A DNA stretch of 63,534 nt, filler included, from Rhabdomonas costata (GCA_019059605.1; 46 parts of 46 records of this genome joined end to end with filler, not necessarily neighbours in it); one strand, 5' to 3'; shown: positions 36,038 through 49,900, numbered from the whole stretch's first letter. Program-made: numbers and translations. Notes: generated by a model not told the origin, from the sequence alone.

Positions 36038-36356
36038 GCGCGGGCCAGGCAGACTTTGCACGTCTCCCCCGTGAACATGGGGTGATTTTTGTGGGCTGCA
36101 GGCGGCCACGAGCCAGTTGCCGAGCCCTTTTTGGCGTGGGTGGTTCGTTGTAAAGTAGGTTGTGGGTGCTGCCATAAACCCTCCGCTGCGTGGGGCAAGA
36201 AGCGGCGCAAAAGGGTTACGAAAGAGCCGCCAAGGGGCACTACAACCGGCCGAGGGTGAAAGGTCGGGAATCTCCTGACAAAGGACCGGCCACGCAGCGT
36301 TTCGGGAGACCTGCTGTATATACAAAAGACCCCAGGCCTGCTTCGGCTTAGCCCTC
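36038..36356 (+). mobile_element. ~320-bp interspersed repeat, copy A (SINE- or MITE-like)
   Basis: Collinear with 61267-61584: AAACCCTCCSCTGCG, identical AAAGAGCCGCCAAGGGG (36221, 61464), identical AAGGACCGGCCAC (36281, 61509), and terminal GGCCTSCTTCGGCTTWGCCCTC. Confidence 0.8.
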
Positions 36357-37745
36357 TCTGTGAAGAAGAAAAGAGAGAGAAAATTCGCTTCAATAAATGG
36401 ACTTTGGAAATCAACGACGCTGAAACATTGTATTTTGTACTGATGCGGGCGAAGGTTTCCGCCAGGTGTATCGCGGCGGTGTCTCATGGTCTTTGCAAGG
36501 GTGGTGATGCAATGTTAGTGCCGCTGCGCTGGGAAAAGATGCGACAGTATTTAAGAAAAATGAAGGAACGAACCCCCACGGGGCGCCCCAAGGCACAGGT
36601 GGGCGTGCTTGGGCTTCGCCCGCGTTTTGTGCTGATCCACAATAATATTTTTACGGCATCGTTGTAAAGAAGCTGAGCAGGAGCAATGTGAAGAACCTCC
36701 ACCTGCAATGCCAGAAAAACCAAATTAAAACACTCGACTTTCAAAGAAACATGCGCACCTGAGCCAGGGCACCACATCACCACCTCGACTCCCAGAGTAG
36801 AAGGTAACATAACAGGCGACGTAGTCACGAGGTAGCTCAGTTCTCCAAACCAGCCCGCCGCGACTTGGCAGTCGGCGCGTAGACTCGAAACGGAACAGTT
36901 AGCAGCACCTGCGGCGCTTGTACTCTGCAGTACAAGCTCCACACCTGAGTGTTTGGACAGGAAATGTTGAATAATTCACTGGAAACACTTGATCTGACTT
37001 GAAAAGGTTCTTCGGGCTTGGTCCGTTCCCCCCCCTCTCTTGTGATAGCGAACGTGTCACTTTTTGTCAATATTATCAACGTTTTTCCGTCGCTATCGTC
37101 TTTTTGTGACCGCTGTCAGAACTGAAAAGCTGATGGCGAACCCTACTCTCTTTCCGCGTGTCAAAAAACACCTGATCCAGCAAAGTTCACTTGCCCAGAA
37201 CAAAAAGAATCACTGCAGACGTGTTGTTTGCATTCTGCCATTCAAACCACCAACNNNNNNNNNNNNNNNNNNNNNNNNNNNNNNNNNNNNNNNNNNNNTT
37301 AATTAATTAANNNNNNNNNNNNNNNNNNNNNNNNNNNNNNNNNNNNNNNNNNNNGGTTTTGTTGACAACTTCGCAAAAAAGAAATGTTCAAGGGCTTGGG
37401 GGCTTTGCGGTTCCGGTGTCTGGGGGTCAGCCCGATCGCCCACAGCCACCACAGTTTGGGGGGGGTTCACACTGCGTCACAGGATGCAGGAAGCACCCGT
37501 GCATTCCTTGGAAGGACTTTTAATCCTGAAACTTCTCTTGGCCACTAAGAAAACGCGTCTCTGTGAACGCAAATGCCAGATGGGTGGTCTACAGTTTTCT
37601 TCGTGAAGATAGCTTGACTTGGGACAGAGTGAGGATGAGAGGATAGACGGAACCAAGTAACTTTTGAAGCAGAGAGTGCGAGAGAGGTAGAGGTTTCCGA
37701 CTTCCTCTCCCCTCATCTGATGGTTGCTTTTTGGCTTGGATTCAG

Positions 37746-38615
37746 GACTACTTCTACGGCGGCACGCGGGGCCTGATGACCGCAGCGGTGCTAAACCTTG
37801 GGCTCACCGGAGTATACCAGGTTTCCGTTGGATCTCATTCTTATCATCCTCAATGCGGTTTTTTGGGGGGATTTTGTGGGGGCACTCATGATCGAGCTGA
37901 TGGGTTCATACAGATGTGTACGTGATGGCCCTCCGGGGAAGAGAATGCGGCCGCGCTACGATCGCTGTCTGTTGATGGACCAAGGACGACGGATTGATTG
38001 CTTCCCGCAGTTTAGGGAATCAACGGGGAAAATGCTGGAGCCCAGGGACAGCCATTTTTTCTTACAGTTTTTTCTGCGATTCTTTTATTATTCTTTAACG
38101 ATGTTTTCTTTTCTCTTTTACAAAGTCAATTGTATAATTGTAAACCTGGCGAACCTGGCGAGTGGTTTTGATTCGCTGAAGGTTTGTGCTCTACTTAACA
38201 CTTTGTAGGCCAGTTGGTACCTTCAGTAACAGAAAAAGCTGTCCCGGTTTTGGGGTGTGGGGTGAGGAAGAATCTAGTGCATGGTTATGTAGTATGCCCG
38301 CAGGCTCAAAATGCAAATTTGACGTCACCCCAAACTGCCTATGTCCTTTCTCTCCGTTGCACCCAATCGTTGTGACTTTTACAACAAAAGGAAAAAAGAG
38401 ACCGACCCTTCTCCTTACTCGTAGCTGCAGTGTGTTTTCTTCCGCTTTCAGATGCCGATGTACTGTCTCGTGTTTGTGGCCTACGATGACGTCTACGGCA
38501 GCTTGACGCGGGGGCTGGTGCAGGCCGGGCTTTCAGGGATGGGGATCGTCATTGCGATGGCCATCCTGTGCTTCGTGCTGGTGTACTTCTTCTTCATCTG
38601 CCGCATCAAGCTGCC
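37746..38615 (+). CDS. Membrane sensor/receptor-like protein (end of extracellular domain, TM helix, possible HAMP start); exons 37746-37820, 38452-38615
   Basis: Phase-0 join DYFYGGTRGLMTAAVLNLGLTGVYQ/MPMYCLVFVAYDDVYGSLTRGLVQAGLSGMGIVIAMAILCFVLVYFFFICRIKLP. The D.YG.L + TM + I..P layout recalls Cache-TM-HAMP receptors such as protist nucleotide cyclases (inference). Confidence 0.55.
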
Positions 38616-38738
38616 GTAGACGTCATCGTAGACCACAANNNNNNNNNNNNNNNNNNNNNNNNNNNNNNNNNNNNNNNNNNNNTTAATTAATTAANNNNNN
38701 NNNNNNNNNNNNNNNNNNNNNNNNNNNNNNNNNNNNNN

Positions 38739-39565
38739 GTGGTTTTTGGACTTTGTCAAACGAGTAGACTATTTAAGGATGGAGGCCAATCTGCCAAGCG
38801 TATTCAGCAGGTGGCTGAAGCGGGGACGTTCCATGGGAGGCCACCAAAGAAATGTATTGCACCGCAGCATCTCCATGAGCGAAGTTAAACCGGATGATGT
38901 ATCCTCCATGCTCACGGCTGTTTTGGTGGCGGCTCTTTCCTCCTCCAAGGTGGGACTTTCTCTGGGCGAGGTCCCCCCCGGCAGGCTGCGGCTTGCATTG
39001 TTCTTGTCTGCTTCTCCTCTCGAACAAACAGACTCCCGGCAAGTACGGTAGGTTCCCAGTGTGGTCTCGGCCGGAGCAGCGCCTGTCTCTCTTCTGGCTA
39101 CCGGTTCAGACCTGGTGACAAAAGCCCCCGAGGGGAGTCACCACCTCAATGATGGGCCCTCATGGTTCGAAAGATAGAAATATCCGTTTGTTTTTCGGGT
39201 GCAGAGAGTGCAGAACACAAAATCAAGACTCTAGAGGTTCAGCACTCTTCTTCTCACCACACCCAGAGACACCCTGTGCAGCTGTGTCCAGAGCTTCAGA
39301 AACCTTTCAATGTGAAGAAAGGTTTTGGTCTATCTTGTGCATACGAATGCCGGATCCGTGCTGGCGAAATCGTTTCATTTTTTTTGTTACGGGAATTGAT
39401 GTTTTGGGTTTTCGGTCAGTGGGATGGATGCTCTCTGACAGCATCTTTGCCTTCATTTTCAGCTTAGTTGATTCTGGGCGAAGCCCAGAGCTGCTCGATA
39501 TGCAGCTTCAGGCAACTCAGGCTGAACTTCACCGCAGTTTAGCTTCCAAGGCATTCGCTATTCAG
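38739..39565 (+). CDS. Probable exons of an unknown protein (<38739-~38949, 39463-39565)
   Basis: Open frames DFVKRVDYLRMEANLPSVFSRWLKR... and ttttcag|C TTA GTT GAT...ATT CAG|gtgagc. The join is not resolved. Confidence 0.3.
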
Positions 39566-40122
39566 GTGAGCCCTGCGCACTTTCTCGTCAGTGTTGCTTG
39601 GGTGATTCACTTTGTCCTTCCTTCACCGCCTTGAATATTCGCATCTGTTAAGGCAGAAGATGCATCACCTAAAGTAAGTTTGCTGTGACCTGTGGATCGG
39701 TTGGGATGAAAGTTGAAAGAAGAAAGACAGAAAGCCGTGTCATGCGAAAATGGATGAAAAGAAAAAATGTCCATATAAATGCATTGCGCACTGCCTGAGG
39801 ACTCGCTGGTAGTTTTTTTTGTATATTTTTGTTGTGAGCCGCGGTTACGAAGCAACAGGTGGGGTCTTTGGAAATAGAACGCCTACATGACAAAAAACCG
39901 CGGGACAAAAACCGCGAGGACACCCCACACAGCGGTCTGCCGAAAAGGGATTCGCCCTTGAACTCACGAAAGGAGACCAAACCTTTCCATTCGTACGCGC
40001 GTGACTAAAATTTACCACCACANNNNNNNNNNNNNNNNNNNNNNNNNNNNNNNNNNNNNNNNNNNNTTAATTAATTAANNNNNNNNNNNNNNNNNNNNNN
40101 NNNNNNNNNNNNNNNNNNNNNN

Positions 40123-41405
40123 GGGGGGTGGGGGGGTGATAAGTGGTTGTTGTCCCAAAGCAAGGTCCCGCAACCCTTCCCACCAACACCGGAGCTCCTC
40201 AGACCGCAACCCCACCACCCCATGCGACCGCAGAGCTCCGAGCGGCACTGCTCGATCTTCTCAACCTTCACTGCCCCAGATGCCGCATGGTATTTGCTGA
40301 GTACGACGGCTGCGACGCCGTGCGGTGCGCGCGGTGTGGGATTGGGTTTTGCGCGGTTTGCCTTGCCGACTGCGGCCGAGACGCCCACCAGCACTGCCAT
40401 CAGGTGCACGGCAATGTGTACGGGGGTCCTGAGAATTTTATTCGGGTTCACCGTGCCCGCCGTCAGCGGGAGGTCGCTGGGTTCCTGCAGGGCCTCACCG
40501 CGAAGGAAGCCGAAGACGTTCTGCAGGCCTGCCACCGAGAGTTAACTGAGGTCGGCTTGTCCGTGAACGAGATAAAACGGCAGCTGAAGCCCCGTCAGGA
40601 CAGAGGCCAAGGCCTGGCTCGGCGTGCGGCTGTCCCGGTGCGAGGGCGAGAGTTCCGGGCGCTGGTGAAGACGATACTGCAGCGCTGGCAGCAGCACTGC
40701 CGGGCCGTGGAAGCTCTTCGCAAGGGCCCTGCCGAACGCAATGGCCGACCCAACTATTACCCGCAGCCCGTGAGACCTCCAGCACGCCTGAGGCGAGAGC
40801 TTTACGATGGTCAGTACGGTTGGGGGCAGCAAGAAGGCGACGAAGATGACTTATACGATGACGGACTCGCTGGGCAGTACGCGGCTGAGTTTCAGCACAG
40901 TGATGTGTGGCAATATCTCAACCAGATGATGTCTACTCCTGGTCATTTTTGCTATTTCTTGGCTCCTTCATCCTGCCTTCACATGAGTGAGTGAGTATAT
41001 GCTCTTTCCTGCTTTCATAAAAAATCACAACAAAAAGAAATCTGGTTGATGACCACGGCACTGCTTCCTTCTGGCAGTGCTCCGGTGCTCCGCCTAGGTT
41101 TTTATCGGTTTTCATCCTCAGATCCGCAAATCGACGGCATTCTGGACCAAATGGAGGCCGAGGAGGTGTCTCCTTTTGTCGCGGACATCACCAGGATGCT
41201 GCAACGCACCCGGAGTGGTGCTTTATCTGGCGAGGAGTGCATGAGGGAGTTCAACCAGCTTCTTGTCGCCGAAGTTGAAGCTCGGCAGAGGGATGCGCAG
41301 CGCCAGGGCGAGCTCTCCAACCTTCTGACGGAAATGGGGAACCGCTTTGGGGCACACCAGACCGCCATGGCTGCTCTGGCAAATACGGCGGGGCAACCCC
41401 CAACC
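40123..41405 (+). CDS. RBR-type RING2/IBR zinc-finger protein (putative E3 ligase); exons <40123-40941, 41122->41405
   Basis: LNLHCPRCRMVFAEYDGCDAVRCARCGIGFCAVCLADCGRDAHQHC fits CP.C.......GC....C..C...FC..C.......H. Phase-1 intron CCT G|gtcatt...ctcag|AT CCG. Confidence 0.75.
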
Positions 41406-41970
41406 NNNNNNNNNNNNNNNNNNNNNNNNNNNNNNNNNNNNNNNNNNNNTTAATTAATTAANNNNNNNNNNNNNNNNNNNNNNNNNNNNNNNNNNNNNNN
41501 NNNNNCCACCCGCGGCACATGGGGAATGCTGCCAAGGTTAAGCAAGTGGGAGCTGTGTCGTAGACAGAAGCATGGGGGACCCAAAGCCCGAAAAAGGCTC
41601 GCGGAGTGGGGGTCATGTGGGAGTTCGATTTGAACTGGCAATGATCGGCAAGGCTGTAGCTTTTGGCTTGGACACCGTCAAAAACCGCGGGGTCAGCTCA
41701 CTCTGTCCTTCCCCTGGGTGTTGTGTGGACCCCCCCCTACAAATACATGCACACCCTTTCCAAATCCCATTCAGTGAATCCCTTCCCCAAATGTGACCAC
41801 CTTGGATACGTTTGGGAATGGCTCTCCTTTGGATTTCGGGAACCCGGACAAAGCCCATGCGCAAGTCATTGGTTACAGACTCATTATAAACCCTGAAATG
41901 GTCGTTATCATGCCTGGCTTTCATGACCCCACAGTGGCACAGTGGCACATGCTCTTTTGGTCGTGCGCAG

Positions 41971-42169
41971 AGATGCTGGGCGACGACACGCTGGCCGTGG
42001 CGTGCCGGTTCCGTGTGTCCGAGGACGCGGTGCTCCCCGTGGGCTTTCCCATCACGGTGCGGCACTTCGTGCCAGGGCAATACGTCAGCGTGATTTCCAA
42101 GACCAAGGGCAAGGGCTTCCAAGGGGTGATGAAGCGCTACCACTTCGGTGGGGGGCCCGCCAGCCACGG
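41971..42169 (+). CDS. MRPL3: Mitochondrial-type ribosomal protein uL3, internal exon (nuclear-encoded)
   Basis: gtgcgcag|AG...CAC GG|gtacac; [70 protein letters not shown] is the bacterial/organellar uL3 motif; HFVPGQYV is typical of the mitochondrial form. Confidence 0.92.
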
Positions 42170-43067
42170 GTACACACATCCACTCCCCCACACACTCCGG
42201 AAAAGCGTCTCCGGTGTGTCCTGTGGGTTCCCTCCATGTTCTGATTGAAAAATAGGTACACATTTGCGTTTAAGCAATCTGTTTGCGTATATAGCTGTGT
42301 AAATGCGCATGCGGGTGGATTGCCGTTTACGAGGACTTTCTACCTCACATACACTGTGGTTGACTGAGGTAGTGCTGCAGAGCAGTCCAAATTCTCCCCA
42401 TTGGGGTTCACGCGGACGCGGTAAACACACCAGGTCTGTGATTAGCACTGGGGAGCAGCACATGTCGCCACAGTGGAGCAAATGTGGGCTAAGGGCAAAT
42501 TTTTCATTCATTTCCGGGTCCCCCTCGCTGGTAAAGTCCCCCGGAGGCCCCAAAAAAGAGTCAACCCATTTGCTCATAAAATAGGATCAGTGTCGTCAAT
42601 TTTGTCCCCCTATCCCCGAAAAGTCAATGTTGCTGAGATAGGTCTGCGGTATCTGCGCAGGTTTTGTCCGATCATTGACCCACGAGGGTGAGCGGTCAAA
42701 GTTTGTTTGAAATTTCCCCGACGTCTTCACCGCGGCAGAGAAATGTTACGCCCGCGAAATCAAGAAAGAAAAGAAGCCGCGCTTGCAANNNNNNNNNNNN
42801 NNNNNNNNNNNNNNNNNNNNNNNNNNNNNNNNTTAATTAATTAANNNNNNNNNNNNNNNNNNNNNNNNNNNNNNNNNNNNNNNNNNNNGGGGGTGGTGTG
42901 AGTCTTGTGCGCACAGCGCTAGCTGTCGCCTGAATAATTGCTGTTGACCAATGCTGACTGACGGGCTCACGCGCTGTTGGCCATAGGGTTCTCGCGAAAA
43001 CTGAATGGAAAACTGAATGAGCACAAATGAGTGTTAGGAATTCGACTGTATGGGGTGGGACAGGGAC

Positions 43068-43858
43068 CTCAATTAACGGCTCGTTGGTGTGGTGGAAGTG
43101 CAGGGGATCATCCGTGGCCAAAGAAACCCGCATGCCCTGCTTGAAGAACGTCGGAAAGGGGTTATTGGCGTACCCCAGAAAAAGCCCGTTGTCCGCCAGC
43201 GGGGAGCACACCACTCCAATCTGAAAGAGAAAGAGTGAGCACAAACAAGTGCCAATATAAAAGAGGAAGAAATGAAGACCCTGACTCGATCCACCCTGGC
43301 CAGCTGACAAGTTGGCCTAGTTGGCCTGTTATGTTGTTGGGATTATGATTGCCACTGGTTTTACGGAGGGCTGAGAAAACTCTAGGACGGTTTTCGGCTC
43401 GCGCAGAAAGATCAGAGGTTAGTGGGCGATAAATCCATTAATGCGACAAAGGATCCGGGGGGCCGAGAACCCCCACGCCAATTACTATGAATCACAACCC
43501 CCCCTCAGGCATCACCAGTACTAGTGGTAACCTTGGGTTCTTGGCCACGCAGGGGGGTGATGCACATCACAGCAAGGGTAATTTCTCTGATCATTACCCC
43601 CCTCCCAACCGAATAGCTTTTCACCACGGCTTCGGCTATTCAAGATCCCATTTTCTCACTCAAAGAGGCGCAACACGTTGATTTGCAACACCCGGATAGA
43701 ATAAAACTTGGAGAAAAGAGAGCCGTTTCTCATCGGCTCGGGATGGACTCGGGCGGTAGTGCAAATGGGCACACCTGGTGAATGTAGTACAAGTAGTGCA
43801 GAACAGGATTGCGAGTCATCTGGATGCCGTGGTTGATGCTATCGGCCAGGAGATAGGC
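43068..43858 (-). CDS. AMPD: AMP deaminase, two catalytic-domain exons (43858-43775, 43220-43068)
   Basis: AYLLADSINHGIQMTRNPVLHYLYYIHQ/IGVVCSPLADNGLFLGYANNPFPTFFKQGMRVSLATDDPLHFHHTNEPLIE; SLxTDDP signature; phase-0 GT-AG intron. Confidence 0.95.
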
Positions 43859-46246
43859 CTGCGGAGAAAAGCAAAACGACCCTGCCGCTCGAAAAAAAAG
43901 TGCACTGGGATACACCATAACAGATGACCAGAGCGCCACGAAAACCTCCGGAAAGCCATCTGCTTTCCAACAACGCTGCCGCGCGTTTGTAGCTGCTTCA
44001 CGCCCGTCCCTGGCAATCGCTCAGCGGAGCAGATCAGAGTATGGACAGTTCGTTAGCACTGCAGAAAACCTGTGGTGTGCACGAGGTCTATCACTAATGG
44101 AGCTGCTTCACTTCGCTCACACTACTCGGCTAAGTATTGCTGGTGGTGGTGTCAGTGGTGGCAAACCAAAANNNNNNNNNNNNNNNNNNNNNNNNNNNNN
44201 NNNNNNNNNNNNNNNTTAATTAATTAANNNNNNNNNNNNNNNNNNNNNNNNNNNNNNNNNNNNNNNNNNNNGGTGGGTGTGGTCAGAATAATTCAGAAAC
44301 GTTGTGTGTGCGTGTGCAGAGCTCCTCCGCTATTTCAAATGACTGACCCAAGCGCGGGTGGTTAGAGTTGCATTTGCCTGCGGGTATGCAAGTTGGGTAT
44401 CTTCTTGTCGGTAATTTCCCTCCATGTATGATGGGGGGGATGTCCCCGTGCCCTTCCACCTGCTCCTTGTTGGGCTTTTAAGAAACCAGAGGAGCTCGTC
44501 CGTTCCTTTTCCGGTGTTTTTGGTGGGGCTGAAGGTGAGACTTGAGGCTCTGCTGTAAGTGTCCGCCCTTGAGCTGCACAGTCAACCCCAGTCTGCATCA
44601 GAGCTGTGCGAACGACATTGGTCCGACTGGTCTCCGCCTGGTTTTTCCTCTCTCTCCGTTCTTGCTCGTCGTCTTCTTCCTCTTTGCTGAAATTACGGAT
44701 AGAGAGAGGGAAGCAAAACGTTGGATGACCCAACCACAACCCGCCGCCAGGAAATCTTTTGTTCCCATTTTTATTATGCTTTCTCAATCTTTTCTGTGCA
44801 CAAGGGTGGAATTTTGCGGGGAATTCCTCCTATACGGTATTTTCGTCCGAAGAAAAGTGCACACTATCTTGAAGCGTAGTTACCCGCCCTTCTCATTCCA
44901 TCTGTCTGTTTTTTTCCTGGACTTCCCTTTTGCATTACAATGTAAATAGGACTTGTGCTGCGGGGTTAGCAACCCTGCAACTAATACTCAACCCCCCCAC
45001 TCCGAAATTTGCAGTCTCATGTGTCCCCAGCAGTTTGGTGAGGTGACTTCCCTGTGGTGGGGAGGAGAGGGCTTTTGCTTGCGCTTTCTCTGGGAGGCTT
45101 GTTGTTCTCTTTTCCCATGGTATCCATATCTTGCACATCGTATGCGGGTGTGTTACTTTTCCTCCTCCCTCCCCCATTGCCATCGCACTCTGTATAACAT
45201 CCCACCGTGCTCTTCGCGATACTTGCTTTTCTGAGTGATTAGTTTTGCTAATCCGTGGGAGGGAGGGCCTTTCCGAGGTTTGATGGAAGATCCTGAGGGC
45301 AGCCAACCGTTGCGCGCCGTTGTGAAAGTTCTGAAACGGGAGGGGCGCGCTAAACGCCCGTGCAATAATCTCGTCCTACCCCCAACAAAAGTCTAGAACA
45401 TTTTGCAGTACCAAACTTTCAAATGAGCAGGCATATGCCCGCACGGGCGGGGTGCTCACAGTTTACATTGCACACGCACACAGCGGACAACAAACAGAAA
45501 ATCGGTACCGCGCGAGCACCCTTCACAGCAGCGCCAGCAAAGAAGGACAAAAAACNNNNNNNNNNNNNNNNNNNNNNNNNNNNNNNNNNNNNNNNNNNNT
45601 TAATTAATTAANNNNNNNNNNNNNNNNNNNNNNNNNNNNNNNNNNNNNNNNNNNNTCCCAATCATGTATGAAGCAAGACGGCCACGATACGCCTGCAAAA
45701 AGAAAGCGGTGCTTCGGCACCGGACGTGAACGCCAAGCAAGAAAGAAGAAAAGATCATGCCTTGGAGTGCGGCGCATGCACATCGGTGTACCTCCTTGCA
45801 TCACCTCACTCCCGTCCGGCCTCTACGAATCAGAACAGTCCAACAGTCCTTGTATTTCACAGTCGTTGTAATTGAGGGCATGAAGTAGATTGCTATCACA
45901 GCATGAGAGGTCAGTTCAACGAAGGACATCATCGACTCATCGACTACCTCTTGCCATGGGTAACTATGGGTAACGGGTAGTCGACACAGGTATTAAAAAA
46001 AATCCTCTCAACACGAACTTTTGCGCATGAACTACAACGTTCGCAGTCTTAGAGGTAAGAAAGGTTGCAGAGCTCGTCAAAGCTTAAGCTTAAGAGTGTG
46101 AGCGGTGGGGTTACTCCCCCCCCCCCGCCAGCAAACATGGACATGCAGGCAAGCCCGCATCAACGACTGGAAGACGGATCGACCGACAAAACGCAGCACA
46201 ACTCAACGTGAAAAAAGGTGAAATGCGGTTCACCTCCAGGACACCA

Positions 46247-46938
46247 TTACTGAACAAGGGGCCACTCGAATCCTTCCAAAGCCCAGGTGGACTGATCCAG
46301 GGTGAAGTTCACGGCCCCGTTGGCCTGCTTTGAGGGCAGCGCATGCTCCCTGCACCGGGCGAAGTACCGCGCAGCCTCCTCCCGGTGGCTCGCGGCCTGC
46401 TCTACGGTCTGTCCCGGAAGGGCTGCCCGCTGGGCTTCCACCAGCCCGAGTTCTAGACTCGCAAACTTCAGCACAAACTGCTGCAGCACTGCCAAAACAA
46501 AAATTTGAAAATATAGAGTGCTGCACAGCAAGTATGCTCTTCGCAAAACGCAAATGCATTTGCAGGGCAGAGAAGGTGTAATGCCGCCCTCCATCTTCCA
46601 TGTCCGCAATGGAGTGGATCGGCGTTAAACGATGCTTGCCAGGTTGGCAATACATCTTCAGATGCAGTGGTGAGATGCATTGGAGCCTTGAGGGTGTCGC
46701 AGAAGGAAAACAAAAATAAAGGAAGAAAGGACGGACGGACGGACCTGCAAGGCCACCGCTTGGCTGCTCTAGCCCGGAGGCCATCCTGCTGGAGGCCTCC
46801 AGCTCCTTCTCCGCCTTATCCAGAGCCGTGGGAGAGCCCATGCAGCGGGAGATGGATCCCGCCAGCAGCGCCAGCACGGCGGAGGCTCCTCGGGAGGAGG
46901 GGCTACCCTCAGCGTCCCACTTCTTGGCCCCCAACACC
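46247..46938 (-). CDS. TPR-like protein C-terminus (TTC39/Iml2-like); exons >46938-46745, 46488-46247
   Basis: Phase-1 join; AVLALLAGSISRCMG....LDKAEKELE.../VLQQFVLKFASLELGLVE...REEAARYFARC... The family call comes from pattern only. Confidence 0.5.
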
Positions 46939-49900
46939 NNNNNNNNNNNNNNNNNNNNNNNNNNNNNNNNNNNNNNNNNNNNTTAATTAATTAANNNNNN
47001 NNNNNNNNNNNNNNNNNNNNNNNNNNNNNNNNNNNNNNTTTGTGTGTTTGTTCTGGAAATTTACGATGGATGGTGTTTCGGTGTCCATTTGTTTGTTTGA
47101 TGGTAGCGAGTGTTGCGCGATATAAGCTTGCATTATTTCGGTGTGTTATTTCATTATTTTATTGTGTTGTTTCTACCTTCTTGTTATGGTTTTGATAAGT
47201 GGTGAGAGAGCCTAGATGGCCTTCATTGTGTGGGCGTTTCCTACTACAGTGTTGCTGAGGTACACCAGTCTTCTGTGTGCAATGTGCTCCCGCTGTGGTG
47301 TTGGGTATCATTGCGGTTTGGTTCATGAGTGTGTGCTTGTGGTGATGCTGGTATGGTTTGCTATTGTTAGATGGTATGCTTCCTCCATATTTATGAAGGT
47401 GCGTGGTATGATTGGTATGCTTTGATTGTGTTTGAATTCTGCTGGTTCTAGCTCTGGTTTTGTGGTATTGTTGCAGTGGGAACGGTGTGGTGTGTGCACT
47501 GGTGTTGGTGCTGCTTGATGCTGCATGCTGTGTGATTGCTATGGGTGTGTCCGGTGCGTATGGTGTAGCTGTTGGTGTGCACGTCTCCGTTGTGTCTAGT
47601 GTTGCTTGATTGATGGAATTTTTAAATGACTTCATACATACTAAGTTAAACACTATTCACCACACAAATTTCAAAGCAGGATATGATATCTAGACACTCC
47701 CACGTAATGGCGTTAGCAACGATGAAGTAATCTTGGTAGATGAACACTGGGAACAGTTGAAGTAAGTGTTTTTATCACCGCAACTTGTTACTTAAGTGCA
47801 TGAGTTGACATATGGTGAGCCAATATGCCGGTCTTCACACGCTAATCTTCCACAACCAGTTGACACAACACCACAGCCTGCGTGATCGTAAAACAGTCGC
47901 CTGCTGCCATGGTAGAAGTTGGCGGTAGTATTGCCACCCAAAGACTCCATAACCACATCTGCCCGGTCACCACGGTGACCATGAAAACACCCATGGGAAT
48001 TCAAGGAAGCGAAGGCCACCGATGCCGCAATATTTGCTCACAAAATTGGCCGTCTTAGGTGGGGTGCTGTGTCTGTTGCCCCAGCGGTGGCTGGAGCGAC
48101 CTCGCCGATCTCTACGCCAAGCGTAACGGCACTGCGCGGCCTGGAGTCCTGCCGCGGCGCATATACTTCAGGCTGGCCAACACATTGACGCTAACCAACA
48201 AACCGACCTTACCACTAAAAAGCCGCTGAACGTGATCTTCTTGGAGCATTCTTTTGACAGCCGTGCAATCCGACCCTTCCGTCCGTTAGACTTCCCCAAA
48301 CGCCGCCGCAGATGAACCTGTTNNNNNNNNNNNNNNNNNNNNNNNNNNNNNNNNNNNNNNNNNNNNTTAATTAATTAANNNNNNNNNNNNNNNNNNNNNN
48401 NNNNNNNNNNNNNNNNNNNNNNGGGGTTTGGTGGCTTCCGCTTGGGCGGTCTCCTTGGCAACCTTTTGCTCCAAAAGTTGATCATAGAGGGACTTCACTC
48501 CATCAGAAACTAACGGCTTGACAGGCCCCTCACTGACGGCGTGGGTGATCTCTGCGAGTCAAAGAGATTTCCAACAATAATCCAACATGCTCCCCTACTC
48601 TAACGCGAGCCCAAAGGCACACCTGTGTCTTTGCCCCGTTCATCAAACACCAGAGTAGAAGTGCTGAACAGCGGAACAAGAATAGCGCACTTCGGCACGC
48701 AATAATGAGCAACAAAGACAAGCAATTACACCCACCTGACAAATTTGAGTTTTGGTTGTACTTGATCTGGAATCCAAAAAAGATGAAAAGAGACCAAGTA
48801 TTCCGGCAATTGAATGGCATTATTTATGCCATTCAACTCCCTTTAAAACGAGCGCCGGTGACGTCCAACATCCTTTCCCAGGTGGCCGGAGAACGACGTC
48901 CGTCCCAGCTTCCCAAAACACGAATTGATAACTATAATTCGGTGGTCCAAGTTGATGACCTTGAAACCGTCATCCACTCAAAGTGAAGACGTCAAGATGT
49001 GAACACACTGTTTTAATGGGCGGGGCGGCAATCAGCACCTTGCAACCGCAACCACACATTAATAGCACCAGGTTATAGACGGTTAAGTTTGTAAAACCTT
49101 TGTCAACCCTTTCCCGCCCATGCCGTATCTTGCTCACATCCACGCCTCAGGGCGGGCGCTCTGGACACTGTGAAAGTGATCTTGAAAGGTTCGCTTCTTG
49201 CTCTGTTTCTGCTTGGTTTGGTTTGGTTTGGTTTTTTTTGCCTTGTTTGAACAAAAGCCTTCCCTCTTCGAGGCTGGAAAATCTCTCCAGGTTTTGTTAA
49301 ACTGCAATTCGTGATTAATTCGTGATTCGCGCAAATTTATTACTAGTATTTTTAATTATTAATAATTTTACAAGCTTGACTTGTGACTTAAAAGACCAAC
49401 AAGTAAACAACACACCATGTTAATTTACGTCATTCACATTTGCATCCTTCCAATGTTGTAAGGAAATTGGAAAAAAATTGGACTTTTTGTGAGTTCTCAT
49501 CCCTCGGGAATTAGAAAATTACTCGCATTCTCATTGAAAATTGAAAATGAATCCCATCTGAATATTTGAATGACGATCCAAATGTTCTTAATCCTCGCTT
49601 TTTGTAAAGGTGTGGAAGAGGAGTTTTTTCTCGCAATTTTCATTGTGGTGGTTGATTCCATTTTCAATTCAACCTCCGTTTCAATTGAGGAAAGGGCAAA
49701 AACANNNNNNNNNNNNNNNNNNNNNNNNNNNNNNNNNNNNNNNNNNNNTTAATTAATTAANNNNNNNNNNNNNNNNNNNNNNNNNNNNNNNNNNNNNNNN
49801 NNNNGTGTTGGGTGTGGTTGGGGGGGGTGGGCGGCCCACCGGTAGAACTGAGAGGGTGTTGGGTACAGAACGCTAGCTGTTGGTGGCCGTGTTGGCGCCT

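Noticed and set aside
49280..49704. AT-rich block sharing short words (CGAATTAATCAC, TTAGTCACG) with 40000-40015 and 60440-60665
   Set aside because: The matches are too short to call a repeat family without an alignment.
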